Assembly (NCBI GenBank): GCA_965208755.1
Contig: OZ242353.1
Span: 1,045,590-1,109,589, forward strand
Length of the DNA: 64,000 nt
Reading direction: 5' to 3'
Origin: Candidatus Multivorans sp.
Lineage (GTDB): Bacteria > Acidobacteriota > Thermoanaerobaculia > Multivoradales > Multivoraceae
This document shows, piece by piece, positions 49,738 to 63,170 of this stretch. Numbering within the stretch: position 1 is the first letter of the stretch; every line of letters starts with the position of its first letter. Position numbers and translations under genes: made by a program. The notes under the pieces are model-generated. The model did not search any database and had not been told where the DNA came from. It saw nothing but the letters and a program-made list of their open reading frames with translations.

Positions 49738-49831
49738 GATCGGCGCGGGGCGCCGGCGAAGCGGTCGACTCGATTCCAGCCGCCGAAAGGGGTTGCCGTT
49801 CCCCGGGGCCATCGGCTAGATTCCGCTCGCC

Positions 49832-50173
49832 ATGTTCAAGAACTTCCTCTTTGCGATCGCGTACATTCTCGGCGCCGGTTGGTGGGCCAGTCAGGCCATG
49901 GTCGACGCGGCGGCCGGGTCCTGGTGGAACCTCCTCGCCTTCTTCGCCGCCCTGACCTTCTTCCTGGTCCGCATCGGCTGCATGGGCGGCAGCGAGGAGG
50001 ACGCCCGGAAGATGGGCAACGTCTTCTCGATCCTCGTCGCCGCGGCCCTGCTGGTCATCGCGGCGATGGGGCTGGCGAGCGGCGACGGGAGCATCGCGAA
50101 CATGGTCTTCGCGTTGCTGTTCGCGGTCGTGGCCGGACTCGGCTTGCGCGCTACCCGCGCCGCGCACGCCTGA
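49832..50173 (+). CDS. Small integral membrane protein (about 4 TM segments), function unknown
   Basis: Four hydrophobic stretches; GC3-biased codons. Confidence 0.8.
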   Translation: MFKNFLFAIAYILGAGWWASQAMVDAAAGSWWNLLAFFAALTFFLVRIGCMGGSEEDARKMGNVFSILVAAALLVIAAMGLASGDGSIANMVFALLFAVVAGLGLRATRAAHA

Positions 50174-50212
50174 CCGGGCGCTCGCTCGATCAGGGATTGC
50201 CGGCCGACGGCG

Positions 50213-51352
50213 TCACTCCAGCGGGTCGACCGACAGGACCAGGCGGATCAGGTCCACCTGGCGACCGATCCCGCATTTGGCGTAGATCTGCCGCAGGTGC
50301 CAGTACACCGAGCTCTCCTTGCGTTCGGTCGTGCGGGCGACGTCGGCAACGGTCTTTCCCTCCGCCAGCAACAGCGCCAGACGGGTTTCCGTCGGCGTAA
50401 GGCCCAGCACTTCGGCCACGAGGCCGGCGTCGGGACTCGATTGCCGTCCCGCCTCGGCGATCAGGACCAGAGCGCCGGCGCTCGGAACGGCCAACTCCAA
50501 CTCCCCGAAGGAGACGGGTATCACATGAACGACGAGCGGCAAGGCGGCGTCGGAACGCTGAACCGCCATGGAGGCGCTCACCGCCGCCCGCCCGGGCTCG
50601 GGCAGCGCATTCGCGATGAGCCGGTCGAGGCGCAACCGGTCCTCCGGCACAACCGCCCAAAGGAGGCCATCGTGGTCCGCCAGCCCGTCTTCGGCCCTCA
50701 GGATCCCGACGGCACGGTCGTTCGCCGCGACGATCTTCCCCCGCCGGTCCAGCTTGATCACGCCAAGGCCCGCGCCGTTGAGCAGCTCGTCGAGCGACCG
50801 GCGCCAGGCGCCCCTGGCCGCCAGGGCATGCCGCACGCGCATGAACTGCTGAACGTGGCGGCCGAGCCGCTGGATCATCCTGACGCCGTCGCTCCCCCAG
50901 CCGTCCCGAGCCACGGGATTCCCAAGCCCCCAGGCGGCGTGCGGGCAACTGCCTGGACCGGCGAGACGAACCACCAGGCCGTCCTGGCGCTCGGTGCGGA
51001 GCAGAAACTCGTTGTAGGTGGACGAGGTCTTCAACTCCTCCGGCGTGTAGAGCTCCGCCAGGCGAGCCACGCGCCCAAAGGGCAACCGACGAACGCGCGG
51101 CACGACCTCGTCGGTCGCGTGATAGTCGTCGAGGTAGAGGCGCTCCCAGTCCTCTCGACGGCGCCCTCGGACGAAGAACCCGCCGGAGTGGATCCGAAAG
51201 CCTCTGTCGGCGCCGTCCGCGATCAGCAAGCCGCTGCCCGTCACCCCGCACGCTTCGTCCAACAGACCGGATGCCTGCGGCCATTTCGTTTCGTCCAGCA
51301 TCGCTTCGTTCAGCGACTCGATGCCGCGCTCAAAGTCGTCGTGTTCGCTCAT
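50213..51352 (-). CDS. LuxR-family helix-turn-helix transcriptional regulator with GAF-like/PAS-like sensory region
   Basis: C-terminal GLTPTETRLALLLAEGKTVADVA...VYWHLRQIYAKCGIGRQVDLIRLV; PAS-like GVIKLDRRGKIVAANDRA. Confidence 0.92.
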   Translation of the reverse strand: MSEHDDFERGIESLNEAMLDETKWPQASGLLDEACGVTGSGLLIADGADRGFRIHSGGFFVRGRRREDWERLYLDDYHATDEVVPRVRRLPFGRVARLAELYTPEELKTSSTYNEFLLRTERQDGLVVRLAGPGSCPHAAWGLGNPVARDGWGSDGVRMIQRLGRHVQQFMRVRHALAARGAWRRSLDELLNGAGLGVIKLDRRGKIVAANDRAVGILRAEDGLADHDGLLWAVVPEDRLRLDRLIANALPEPGRAAVSASMAVQRSDAALPLVVHVIPVSFGELELAVPSAGALVLIAEAGRQSSPDAGLVAEVLGLTPTETRLALLLAEGKTVADVARTTERKESSVYWHLRQIYAKCGIGRQVDLIRLVLSVDPLE

Positions 51353-51449
51353 TCCGTCCCGCGACCGTCATTGCCGGGCCCGATCGGGAAGCGCTGCCTC
51401 CCGATCGCTTCACAGCGGGAAGCTAAACAAAGTCGGGAAGCCTTGTCTC

Positions 51450-51465
51450 CCTACAAGATTGCGGG
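51450..51465 (-). promoter_or_regulatory. Operator candidate CCCGCAATCTTGTAGG upstream of the LuxR-type gene, with -10-like TAGCTT at 51425-51420
   Basis: Consensus match; suggests autoregulation. Confidence 0.65.
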
Positions 51466-51592
51466 GACAGGAAGGGGGCCGCCGACTTCGGCTGCCGGGA
51501 CGATCGCCGCGGCGCCGAGTCGGCCCGTGCTACTGTCGCCGCAAGTGCTTCCACCCGGGCTCAGCCCCGGCCACTCGACGGAGAAACGGAAA

Positions 51593-52117
51593 ATGCTCCT
51601 TGACCTCGCGAAGAACCGCCACTCCCTCACCTTGGCGGCAGCCCTCCTGCTCCTCCCGCTTGGCGCGTGCGGAGGCGGCGGCGCCGCCTCCGACGACCAC
51701 GCGGACCACGGCCACGCGGAAGGCGGCATGGACGAAGCGGAAGAAGCGGCCGGCGACGGTGCGCCGCGCGTCTACTTCGTGGACCTGGAGAACCACGCCA
51801 CGATCCCCAGCCTGATCGACCTGCGGTTCGCGGCCGAGAACTTCATCATCGAGCCGGTGGGCGACGGCGCGATCAACGAGGGCGCGGGTCACTACCACAT
51901 CGCGATCGACGGGGAGTGCCTGGAACCGGGCATCGTGATCCCCACCGCGGACCCGTGGATCCACTTCGGCGACGGCTCAGACTCGATCGAACTCGAACTC
52001 AGCCCCGGCGAGCACTACCTCTGTCTCCAGATCGGCGATGGCGAGCACCGCACGCTCGACGAGCCGGGCCTGTCGCAGTACATCATGGTGCACGTGGAGG
52101 AAGAGGCGGCCGAGTAG
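51593..52117 (+). CDS. DUF4399-domain lipoprotein
   Basis: Lipobox LGAC; RVYF...GHYHIAID...IHFGDG...LELSPGEHYLCLQIGDGEH. Confidence 0.85.
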   Translation: MLLDLAKNRHSLTLAAALLLLPLGACGGGGAASDDHADHGHAEGGMDEAEEAAGDGAPRVYFVDLENHATIPSLIDLRFAAENFIIEPVGDGAINEGAGHYHIAIDGECLEPGIVIPTADPWIHFGDGSDSIELELSPGEHYLCLQIGDGEHRTLDEPGLSQYIMVHVEEEAAE

Positions 52118-52124
52118 GGCCCCC

Positions 52125-54230
52125 TTACCGAAAGAAGAACGGGCTGGTCCAGGCGGCGCCGCCGTCGTCCTGCACCACGCGAAGGTAGAGGTAGCCGCCA
52201 GCCTGGAAGCCAGGCAGCGGCACGGTGAGACTGCACTCCCGCTCACCTTCCCCGCAGAGGGCCTCGCCCGTCAGAGCGCCCGCGCCGGTCGCGCCCCGGC
52301 GGCTGACGACTTCGATGCGCGCGATCTCCTCCGGTGCGATCGCCCGCGCGACCAGGGTCGTCCGCGGCACGCCGGCGATCGGGCCGACCGTGCCCGCGGC
52401 GGCCGCTTCGGCGGGAATGTCGGCGCCGATCGGCCATCCCGCGTAGCTCGCGCGCACCACGATCCGGGGGCCGTTCGTGGCATAGGCGCGACGCGCGAGC
52501 AGCGCCTCGTAGATCCCCTCCCGGGTCACTTCCTCGCTCAGGATCGCCGCCACGCCGCCGCTCGGCGACGCGAGGCGGCCCAGGCCCGGATGCCCGTCGT
52601 GGCCGTCGCTCGAGCCCACGAAGCCGAGCCGGTAGCCTCGATCCAGGGCGTCACGCACGAAGTTGCCCGCCAGGGCGTTCCGAACGACCATGCCCGGTGA
52701 GTCGGCGGCCTCGCTCGACCCGTGGACGGACACGATCTCGGTGACGGGCTCGATTCCGGCGGGCGGCGGCGAAGACCAGTCCGTGGCGATCGGAGCCCCT
52801 GCCGAGTGGTGGGCGAAGGTCAGCGCCCGCACGCCCTCGAGGCCGGCCCATAGTTCCCGCGGCTCGTCGTACTCCTCGTCGATCGAGCTGAGAAGCAGGC
52901 CGGCCGCGGCCTCGGCGGTCGGCTCGAAGAAGACGACGTGGCGATGGCCCTCGACCCAGTTCGTCCACTCGTAGCCGGCCAGCGCGACGAAGCGTCCCGG
53001 TTCGTTGCGGGCGTCGGCCGCATCCAGCGTCCGCCGCCAGATCGAGGGCTCGCGGTCCATGAACCGCATGCCCCAGTGGTCGTGGTCGGTCACCGCCGCG
53101 GCGTCGAGGCCGGCCACCTCCCGCGCGTAGAGCAGCAGATCGTCCGGCGTCGCCGAACCGTCGGAGAGGCCCGAGTGGTTCTGCAGGTCGGCCCACAGGA
53201 TGCGCCGGCCGGCCGGCGAGACGAGCAGCGGGTTGCTTTCCGCTTCGAATCCGGGCCCGGTCCCGGCGCCCACCAGCCGCCCGCGCACCCTGATCGCGCC
53301 GCCGGCCTCCCTGGCAAGCCGAAGCGGCACGACGAGCAGGCCTCGATCCTCCACGGCGAGTGCCAGGGAGACGACCCGCTCCATCTCGGCTGCCGAATCG
53401 GCCCTCGAGTCGACCAGGTCGACGCCGGCCGGCAACCGAAGCTCCAGCCTCCCCGCCGCCGCCGGCCAGCCGTTGCCGATCGCGTCGACCAGCGCCGCGG
53501 TGAGCGTGACCCGGTCGTCGGGCCGCGCCGTCGACGGCAGGTGCAGCAGCAACCGCGCCGGCGGCCCCGGCATCACGTCGACGGCCGGCGACTCCGCGAT
53601 CAGCTCCCGTACCCCGTCCCCGTCGCCGTCGACGGCCAGCCAGAATCGCGACTCCCGCTCCGCGTACCGGTCCGCGAGTGCGCCCGCCGGACCGGCGCCG
53701 TACGTGATCTCGATGCGCTCCCCTTCCCGCAAGGGACGGCCGCCGACATGAACGGCCAGCAACTGCTGATCGAGCGTCTCGGCCGACAGATTCACACCCT
53801 CGGCGTCGGTGGCTATCGTCGTGTAGCCGACGGCCGCCTCGCGTTCGACCCGCGGCGTGCTCCAGCCCCAGAACGGAGACACCTGGAGATAGACGGCCCC
53901 GCCCACCGCGACCCCCAACGGTCCCGCCCGATAGACGATCCGCCAGCTTCCGGGCCGGCCCGCGACCGCGGGTCCGCCGAGCTCCTCGACGGAGGCGGCG
54001 CCGCCACCGTCCGACCCGGCGCGCGGTCTCAGCAGGTCGGCGCGGAGCTCTTCGACGATGTCGAGCCGGGGCGAACGATCGGGCCAGTCACCGCCCGCCG
54101 GATCGTTCGCGGGCGCGCGCGAGCAGGCGGCGCCGACGAGGCTCAACGTCGCAAGAACGGAGAACGATGCGGCCAGGGAACGTCCCTCGCGCCCCGGCGG
54201 CCTCCGGCAGCTCCCGCCCCGACCTCTCAC
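52125..54230 (-). CDS. PHP-like metallohydrolase (DUF3604 / CehA-McbA-like), probable lipoprotein
   Basis: WADLQNHSGLSDG, VTDHD, GYEWT, GHRHV, GFVGSSDGH, YATNG; lipobox-like GAAC. Confidence 0.8.
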   Translation of the reverse strand: MRGRGGSCRRPPGREGRSLAASFSVLATLSLVGAACSRAPANDPAGGDWPDRSPRLDIVEELRADLLRPRAGSDGGGAASVEELGGPAVAGRPGSWRIVYRAGPLGVAVGGAVYLQVSPFWGWSTPRVEREAAVGYTTIATDAEGVNLSAETLDQQLLAVHVGGRPLREGERIEITYGAGPAGALADRYAERESRFWLAVDGDGDGVRELIAESPAVDVMPGPPARLLLHLPSTARPDDRVTLTAALVDAIGNGWPAAAGRLELRLPAGVDLVDSRADSAAEMERVVSLALAVEDRGLLVVPLRLAREAGGAIRVRGRLVGAGTGPGFEAESNPLLVSPAGRRILWADLQNHSGLSDGSATPDDLLLYAREVAGLDAAAVTDHDHWGMRFMDREPSIWRRTLDAADARNEPGRFVALAGYEWTNWVEGHRHVVFFEPTAEAAAGLLLSSIDEEYDEPRELWAGLEGVRALTFAHHSAGAPIATDWSSPPPAGIEPVTEIVSVHGSSEAADSPGMVVRNALAGNFVRDALDRGYRLGFVGSSDGHDGHPGLGRLASPSGGVAAILSEEVTREGIYEALLARRAYATNGPRIVVRASYAGWPIGADIPAEAAAAGTVGPIAGVPRTTLVARAIAPEEIARIEVVSRRGATGAGALTGEALCGEGERECSLTVPLPGFQAGGYLYLRVVQDDGGAAWTSPFFFR

Positions 54231-54278
54231 CCGGGCATCCTCTCACGACTGGAACGGCTGTAGTCTGAACGCCGGCCC

Positions 54279-54842
54279 ATGTCCTGCAAGATCGCCTTCA
54301 TCGGCAGCCACGGCGTCGGCAAGACGACCCTCGCCTACGGGCTCGCCGCGCGCCTGAAGCGACGCGACATCAACCTCGACGTCGTGGTCGAGGTGGCGCG
54401 CCGCTGCCCGCTGCCGCTGAACGAGGGAACGACTCTCAAGGCCCAGTCGTGGATCCTCCATTCCCAGATCGCCGACGAACTGGCCGCCGAGGCCCGTTCG
54501 CCGGTCGTGATCTGCGACCGCAGCGTCCTCGACAACTACGTCTACCTGCTGTTCGCCCGCGGCCGCCAGCCGGCGCTGGAACCCCTGATCGAGTCCTGGT
54601 GCGCGACGTACGACCTGAAGGTCCACGTTCCGATCCTGCGCGGCAGCGAGGCGCAACCCGACGGTGTCCGCGCCATCGACCCCGCCTTCCGGCGGCGGAT
54701 CGACGAGCGGCTCCGGAACGAGCTGGAGGACCGCCGCATCGGCGTCCTCGCACTCGATCCTCGCCACCGGGAGAGCTGGCTCGACACCGTTGAAGAAGCG
54801 GTCGCGAACCAGCTTCGCATTCCCCAGCTCGACCTGCTCTGA
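54279..54842 (+). CDS. P-loop ATPase/kinase, NadR/AAA_28-like
   Basis: KIAFIGSHGVGKTT, EVAR, ICDRSVLD, DGVR. Confidence 0.88.
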   Translation: MSCKIAFIGSHGVGKTTLAYGLAARLKRRDINLDVVVEVARRCPLPLNEGTTLKAQSWILHSQIADELAAEARSPVVICDRSVLDNYVYLLFARGRQPALEPLIESWCATYDLKVHVPILRGSEAQPDGVRAIDPAFRRRIDERLRNELEDRRIGVLALDPRHRESWLDTVEEAVANQLRIPQLDLL

Positions 54843-54962
54843 GCCGCGGGCCGCGCGCGTATACTCGCGGGCCGAACAACGAATCCAACCGTCAATCGTC
54901 CGCACTGCAGCCGACCTCGGCGCCCCTTGGCGCCGCCGGTCCCGGAATCGAGAGGAGCCGCC

Positions 54963-56138
54963 ATGTCCCGTCCCTTCCTGCGCACCGAACTCTGCGACAT
55001 GCTGGGGATCGAGTATCCCGTGTTCTCCGCCGGCATGGGACCGGTGGCGGGCGGCGCGGAACCCGTCGCCAGGGCCGACCTGGCGGCCGCCGTTTCCGAG
55101 GCAGGCGGCCTGGGCGTGATCGGAGGCGTTGCCTACAGCCCAGAGGACCTGCGGGCCGAGATCAACAAGGTGCGCGCGAAGACGGACAAGCCGTTCGGGG
55201 TCGACCTGCTGCTGGCTTCGAACTTCCTCGAGAAGGCGGGCAGCGGACCGATCTCGGCAACGGCGCCGACCCGCGACCTGGTGCCGGCGGAAACGCGCGA
55301 CGCGCTCAGGAAGATGGCCGAGAGCCTGGGCATCGAGTGGATCGAGTCCCCGCCCCCGGCGCCGACCTGGACCGTGCCCGAGGGCAAGAGCTACGCCGGC
55401 GCGCAGATGGAAGTCCTGCTGGAGGAGAAGGTCCCGGTGTTCGCCTCCGGTCTCGGTTCCCCGGCGCCCTTCTCGAGGGCGCTCAAGGACGCCGGCATCA
55501 AGATCGTCTCCCTCGTCGGCAACGCCCGCGCCGCGCGCCGGGTCGCCGAGGGCGGCGCCGACATCGTGGTGGCGCAGGGCACCGAGGCCGGCGGTCACAC
55601 CGGCAAGATCGGCACCCTGGCGCTCCTGCCCCAGGTCATGGACGCCGTGGCGCCGCTGCCCGTCGTTGCGGCCGGTGGCGTTGCCGACGGTCGCGGACTG
55701 GCCGCGGTCATCGCAGCCGGAGCGATCGGCGCCTGGTGCGGCACCGCTTTCCTGGTCTCGCACGAGGCGAACCAGCCCGCGCTGCAGAAGCAGCGCATCC
55801 TGGAGGCCGCCACCGAGGACACGGTGGTCACCCGTCTCTACAGCGGCAAGACGATGCGCAACATCACGAATCCGCTGATTCAGGCCTGGGAAGCCAGCGG
55901 CATCCGGGCCCTGCCGATGGGGCTCCAGGGCGTGCTCACCCGCGACCTTCTCCACTCCATCCGCGCCGCCGGACGGGACGACCTGTTGATGAACGCCGCC
56001 GGCCAGGCCTCCGGCATGCTGCGGAAGACCCGCCCGGCCGGCGAGATCCTCCACGAAATGGTGGCGGACGCCTCCCGCCTCCTGGGCGCGCGGCTCTCGG
56101 AGCGGGTTCAGGTCCAGGTCGCCCCCTCAATGCTGTAG
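54963..56138 (+). CDS. Nitronate monooxygenase / FabK-like flavin-dependent oxidoreductase
   Basis: GAGGAG RBS; LGIEYPVFSAGMG, AVSEAGGLG, TDKPFGVDL, QGTEAGGH, AAGGVADGRG. Confidence 0.93.
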   Translation: MSRPFLRTELCDMLGIEYPVFSAGMGPVAGGAEPVARADLAAAVSEAGGLGVIGGVAYSPEDLRAEINKVRAKTDKPFGVDLLLASNFLEKAGSGPISATAPTRDLVPAETRDALRKMAESLGIEWIESPPPAPTWTVPEGKSYAGAQMEVLLEEKVPVFASGLGSPAPFSRALKDAGIKIVSLVGNARAARRVAEGGADIVVAQGTEAGGHTGKIGTLALLPQVMDAVAPLPVVAAGGVADGRGLAAVIAAGAIGAWCGTAFLVSHEANQPALQKQRILEAATEDTVVTRLYSGKTMRNITNPLIQAWEASGIRALPMGLQGVLTRDLLHSIRAAGRDDLLMNAAGQASGMLRKTRPAGEILHEMVADASRLLGARLSERVQVQVAPSML

Positions 56139-56139
56139 G
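56124..56139 (+). promoter_or_regulatory. Operator candidate CCCTCAATGCTGTAGG, with extended -10-like TGG-GACACT at 56159-56167
   Basis: Consensus match; overlaps the stop codon of the upstream gene. Confidence 0.7.
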
Positions 56140-56215
56140 CGACGCGAAGTCCGGAACGTGGGACACTGGCCATCCGCCTATCCAAGTCAACCAGCCCAAC
56201 GACCGGAGGCCCGAC

Positions 56216-59200
56216 ATGCCCCGCTTCACCGTGACGGTCCTATGGTCTGCTGTGCTCGCCTTCACGCACCCGGCTGCGGGCCAGAACGCGATCTTGCCGC
56301 CCGGCGCGCCGCAGAGCTTTGGCGGCACTAGTATCATAAAGGGCCAGGTCCTTCTCGGTTGGACGGCCCCGGCGAACGACGGGGGCGCCGACATCACCGG
56401 CTACCGGGTCGACGAGTCCGCCGACGAAGGAACGACCTGGAGGGTCGTCGCCGCGAGCGTCGACGACACCAGCCACACCCGTCGCGGCCTCCCGTACGGC
56501 GCCGTCCGCCACTACCGGGTCGCCGCGATCAACGCCGCCGGCGCCGGACCGCCCAGCGAAACCGATGTCGTGACGGTGCTGTCGAACAGCGCGCCGACGC
56601 TGGTCGGCCCCGCCACCCTCGCGATCACGCTGGCCGAAAGCCCGGCGGGCACGCACATCATCAGTCCTCCCGCAGACCCCTACCTGTCGGCCAGCGATCC
56701 GGACGGGGATTCCATCAGCCGGCGCCTGTCGGGCGAGGACGCCGCCTGGTTCGAGATCTTCAACGACGGCGACGGGAATCTGATCCGGACCCGCCGCCCC
56801 CTGGACTACGAGAGCAGGGACGAGATGGACCAGGTGTACGAGTTCACCCTGACGCTCGACGACGGCGACGGCGGCACGTCCGACCACGAGTTCGAGATCA
56901 CGGTGACGGACGTGGACGAGCCGCCGCCGGCGCCCGCCCAGCCCCGGTTGACGGTCGTCCGGACGGAGCCGCCGGGCGTCCGGGCGTCGTGGAGCGCTCC
57001 GGACGTCTCCGGCCGGCCGGCGATCGCGAACTACGACGTGCAGTACCAGGAACGAAGCGCGGCAAGCTGGACGGACGGCCCCCAGGACGTGGACGGGACC
57101 TCGGCGGCCATCGCGGAACTGGTCGCGAACAGCGACTACAGGGTGCGGGTGCGGGCCACGAACGCCGAAGGCGACGGTCCCTGGTCGGCGGCCGCGGGCG
57201 TGAATACGGACACCGGCCCCAACCGGCCGCCGGCGTTCCCGCGCGCCGCGTACACGTTCACGGTCACCGAGAACGTTCCCGAAGATCCGGCGCGCCCGGC
57301 CCTCGGCGAGACCGTCGCGATCGACCCCGACGGCGACTCGCTGAGGTACAGCCTCGAGGGTCCCGATGCCGAAACGTTCTACATCCACAACAGCGCCGGA
57401 GTCCTCGAACGAAGGGGCGAAGACGCCTTCGACCACGAGCGGCGGGCGACGTACTCCGTCGTCGTCGTCGCGCGCGACTGGGTCGACCGGACGAGCGCGA
57501 ACGTGACCGTCCGTATCCTCGACGCCGACGAACCGCCGGAGAACAACCTCGGCACTCCGAACGTGCTTCCGCTGGACGGCGCCGCGACCGGCCTTCAGGT
57601 CTCGTGGCCCTGGCCCAGCGAATCCTCCGACCGGCCGCGGAGGCACAGGTACGACCTCCAGTACCGCGAGGCGGGCGCCGCGAACTGGTTGCCGGGGCCG
57701 CGGGGGGTGATCTTCCCGGAGACCGAGCTGACGGGTCTGATCAAGGGAACGGAGTACGAAGTCCAGGTGCGGGCCGTGAACGCGGAGGGCGCGGGTCCGT
57801 GGTCGAACACGGGTTCCGGGCGGACCCACCGGCTGGCCGCGCGGCTCGCCTCGGCGCCGGCGTCCCAGAACGCCAGGGACCCCTTCAAGGTGGTGGTCGC
57901 GTTCAGCGAGGCGGTGGTCGTGGGGGAGGAGGAGACGGCCCTGGCCGAACGCTTCTCGATCGGCGGGGGCGAAGTGGCCTCGGCCCGCCGCCTGTCCCCT
58001 TCCCGCGTGGAACTCACGTTGCAGCCGACAGCGAGGGGAGGGGTCGGCGATGCGCAATGGGGAGTGACGATCATCATGCCTTCCGGGGGCGCGTGCGACG
58101 CGGCCGGCGTGTTCTGCACCGCGGACGGCGCGGGCCTGTCGCATCCACTCGAAACCGGCGTGCCGGGCCCCTCCACGTCGTTCCTGACGGTCCGGGCGAC
58201 GCCCGCCTCGGTGGCAAAGGGCGAGCGGGTGAAGATCGTGATCGAGCGGTCGACGCTGGGGACCGACCTGCCATCTCTCTGGGCATACCTGGAGCTTCTC
58301 GCGTCGGACCGGGGTCTGATCGCATCGAACTTCCCGAGCGGCGACCCGAACTTGCCCGGCGCGCCGCTCAGGAACCGCATCGACGAGGACAAGACGACCT
58401 ACGAGACGTCGTTGCCGACCCGCAGCGACTCGGGCGGCGGCTTCCTCCTGATCCGAGTGCACGGGGGGGATCAAGGGCACCACTACGTGGCGGCGAACCC
58501 GGAGGGCGTCATGATCACGGTCCGGGACGACGATTCCGCGGACGGGGCCACTCCCGGCGGCGGCGTCCCGGCGCCGTCTCCCGGCGGCGGCGGCGGCACC
58601 GGTGGCGGCGGCGGCGGCACCGGCGGCGACGACGGCGACCCGGGGCCCGGCGACGACGGCGATGGCGATGGGGGCGATGGCGGCGGCGGGGGCGATGGCG
58701 ATGGCGATGGCGGCGGAAGCGGCCCGCCGCGGGCCGCGATCACCGTCGACGCGGACTGCGCCGCCGGCCTCTGCCGCGCCCGCACCGGCGTAGCCGTCCT
58801 GTTCACCGACTCGAGCGCCGGTTCCGTCCGTTCGCGGCGCTGGGACTTCGGGGACGAGGCCGTCCGCTCCGGCGCCTCCGTCCGCTACGCCTGGACCGTG
58901 CCCGGCTTCCACGACGTGACCCTCTCCGTCGGCGACGGCGCGACCGAGTCGACGGCGTCCCTCACCTTCCTGGTCGAGGCGAGCGAACCCGCCGGAACCT
59001 GCCAACCGGACGCGAACACGCTGTGCCTGCGGCACTCGCGCTACGCCGTCGGCGTCGACTGGACGGCGGACGGCGGCGACGGCGGCCGCGCCGACGTCGT
59101 CCGCGCGGGCACCGACGACTCCGGACTGTTCCGGTTCTTCGACCCGGACAACTGGGAAGTCCTGATCAAGGTCCTGGACGGCTGCGAGCGGAACGGCGCC

Positions 59201-59359
59201 GTCTGGGTGTTCGCGGCGTCGACCACGAACCTCGGTTACCGCGTCCACGTCACGGACACGGTGACCGGCGACGTCAGGGAGTACCGCAACGACCCCGGTA
59301 CGCCGGCGGCCGCGATCACCGACGTCGCCGCGTTCCGGGAAAGCTGCCGTGCCGACTAG
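56216..59359 (+). CDS. Secreted Fn3/cadherin adhesin-like protein with the shared C-terminal module
   Basis: GGAGG RBS; signal peptide (AAG-Q); alternating Fn3 (YRVRVRATNAEGDGPWS) and cadherin (LDYES, DPDGD) domains; Gly/Asp linker; conserved tail. Confidence 0.92.
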   Translation: MPRFTVTVLWSAVLAFTHPAAGQNAILPPGAPQSFGGTSIIKGQVLLGWTAPANDGGADITGYRVDESADEGTTWRVVAASVDDTSHTRRGLPYGAVRHYRVAAINAAGAGPPSETDVVTVLSNSAPTLVGPATLAITLAESPAGTHIISPPADPYLSASDPDGDSISRRLSGEDAAWFEIFNDGDGNLIRTRRPLDYESRDEMDQVYEFTLTLDDGDGGTSDHEFEITVTDVDEPPPAPAQPRLTVVRTEPPGVRASWSAPDVSGRPAIANYDVQYQERSAASWTDGPQDVDGTSAAIAELVANSDYRVRVRATNAEGDGPWSAAAGVNTDTGPNRPPAFPRAAYTFTVTENVPEDPARPALGETVAIDPDGDSLRYSLEGPDAETFYIHNSAGVLERRGEDAFDHERRATYSVVVVARDWVDRTSANVTVRILDADEPPENNLGTPNVLPLDGAATGLQVSWPWPSESSDRPRRHRYDLQYREAGAANWLPGPRGVIFPETELTGLIKGTEYEVQVRAVNAEGAGPWSNTGSGRTHRLAARLASAPASQNARDPFKVVVAFSEAVVVGEEETALAERFSIGGGEVASARRLSPSRVELTLQPTARGGVGDAQWGVTIIMPSGGACDAAGVFCTADGAGLSHPLETGVPGPSTSFLTVRATPASVAKGERVKIVIERSTLGTDLPSLWAYLELLASDRGLIASNFPSGDPNLPGAPLRNRIDEDKTTYETSLPTRSDSGGGFLLIRVHGGDQGHHYVAANPEGVMITVRDDDSADGATPGGGVPAPSPGGGGGTGGGGGGTGGDDGDPGPGDDGDGDGGDGGGGGDGDGDGGGSGPPRAAITVDADCAAGLCRARTGVAVLFTDSSAGSVRSRRWDFGDEAVRSGASVRYAWTVPGFHDVTLSVGDGATESTASLTFLVEASEPAGTCQPDANTLCLRHSRYAVGVDWTADGGDGGRADVVRAGTDDSGLFRFFDPDNWEVLIKVLDGCERNGAVWVFAASTTNLGYRVHVTDTVTGDVREYRNDPGTPAAAITDVAAFRESCRAD

Positions 59360-59368
59360 CGGGGTCCG

Positions 59369-59390
59369 CCCCCCCCCCCCCCCCCCCCCC
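59369..59390 (+). repeat. Intergenic C22 homopolymer
   Basis: Run of 22 C directly after the stop codon region. Confidence 0.9.
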
Positions 59391-59402
59391 GAATTCTGTA
59401 GG
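59387..59402 (+). promoter_or_regulatory. Operator candidate CCCCGAATTCTGTAGG
   Basis: Consensus match; the left half-site is formed by the end of the C tract. Confidence 0.65.
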
Positions 59403-59493
59403 CGACAACGCGTTCGCCGGCTGCTTTACTTGGAGGCTGGCTGGCCCCGCCTGCGAACTCCCCGGTTGCGAGACCGGAGTGGGAGGACAGCAA

Positions 59494-63039
<3,546 letters not shown>

Positions 63040-63048
63040 CGGGGTCCG

Positions 63049-63066
63049 CCCCCCCCCCCCCCCCCC
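63049..63066 (+). repeat. Intergenic C18 homopolymer
   Basis: Run of 18 C in a near-identical copy of the 59360-59493 spacer. Confidence 0.9.
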
Positions 63067-63078
63067 GAATTCTGTAGG
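63063..63078 (+). promoter_or_regulatory. Operator candidate CCCCGAATTCTGTAGG
   Basis: Copy of the 59387 site. Confidence 0.65.
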
Positions 63079-63170
63079 CGACAGCGCGTTCGCCGGCTGC
63101 TTTACTTGGAGGCTGGTTGGCCCCGCCTGCAGACTCCCCGGTTGCGAGAACCGGAGTGGGAGGACAGCAA

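Noticed and set aside
9141..49740. Integron cassette array with attC sites
   Set aside because: No GTTRRRY/RYYYAAC-bounded hairpins and no integrase; the shared sequence is coding or promoter-like.
58720..59359. C-terminal module as an autotransporter barrel, T9SS CTD, PEP-CTERM or sortase signal
   Set aside because: It is Cys-rich, with no terminal aromatic beta-strand, no KxxK-type T9SS ending, and no TM helix or basic tail.
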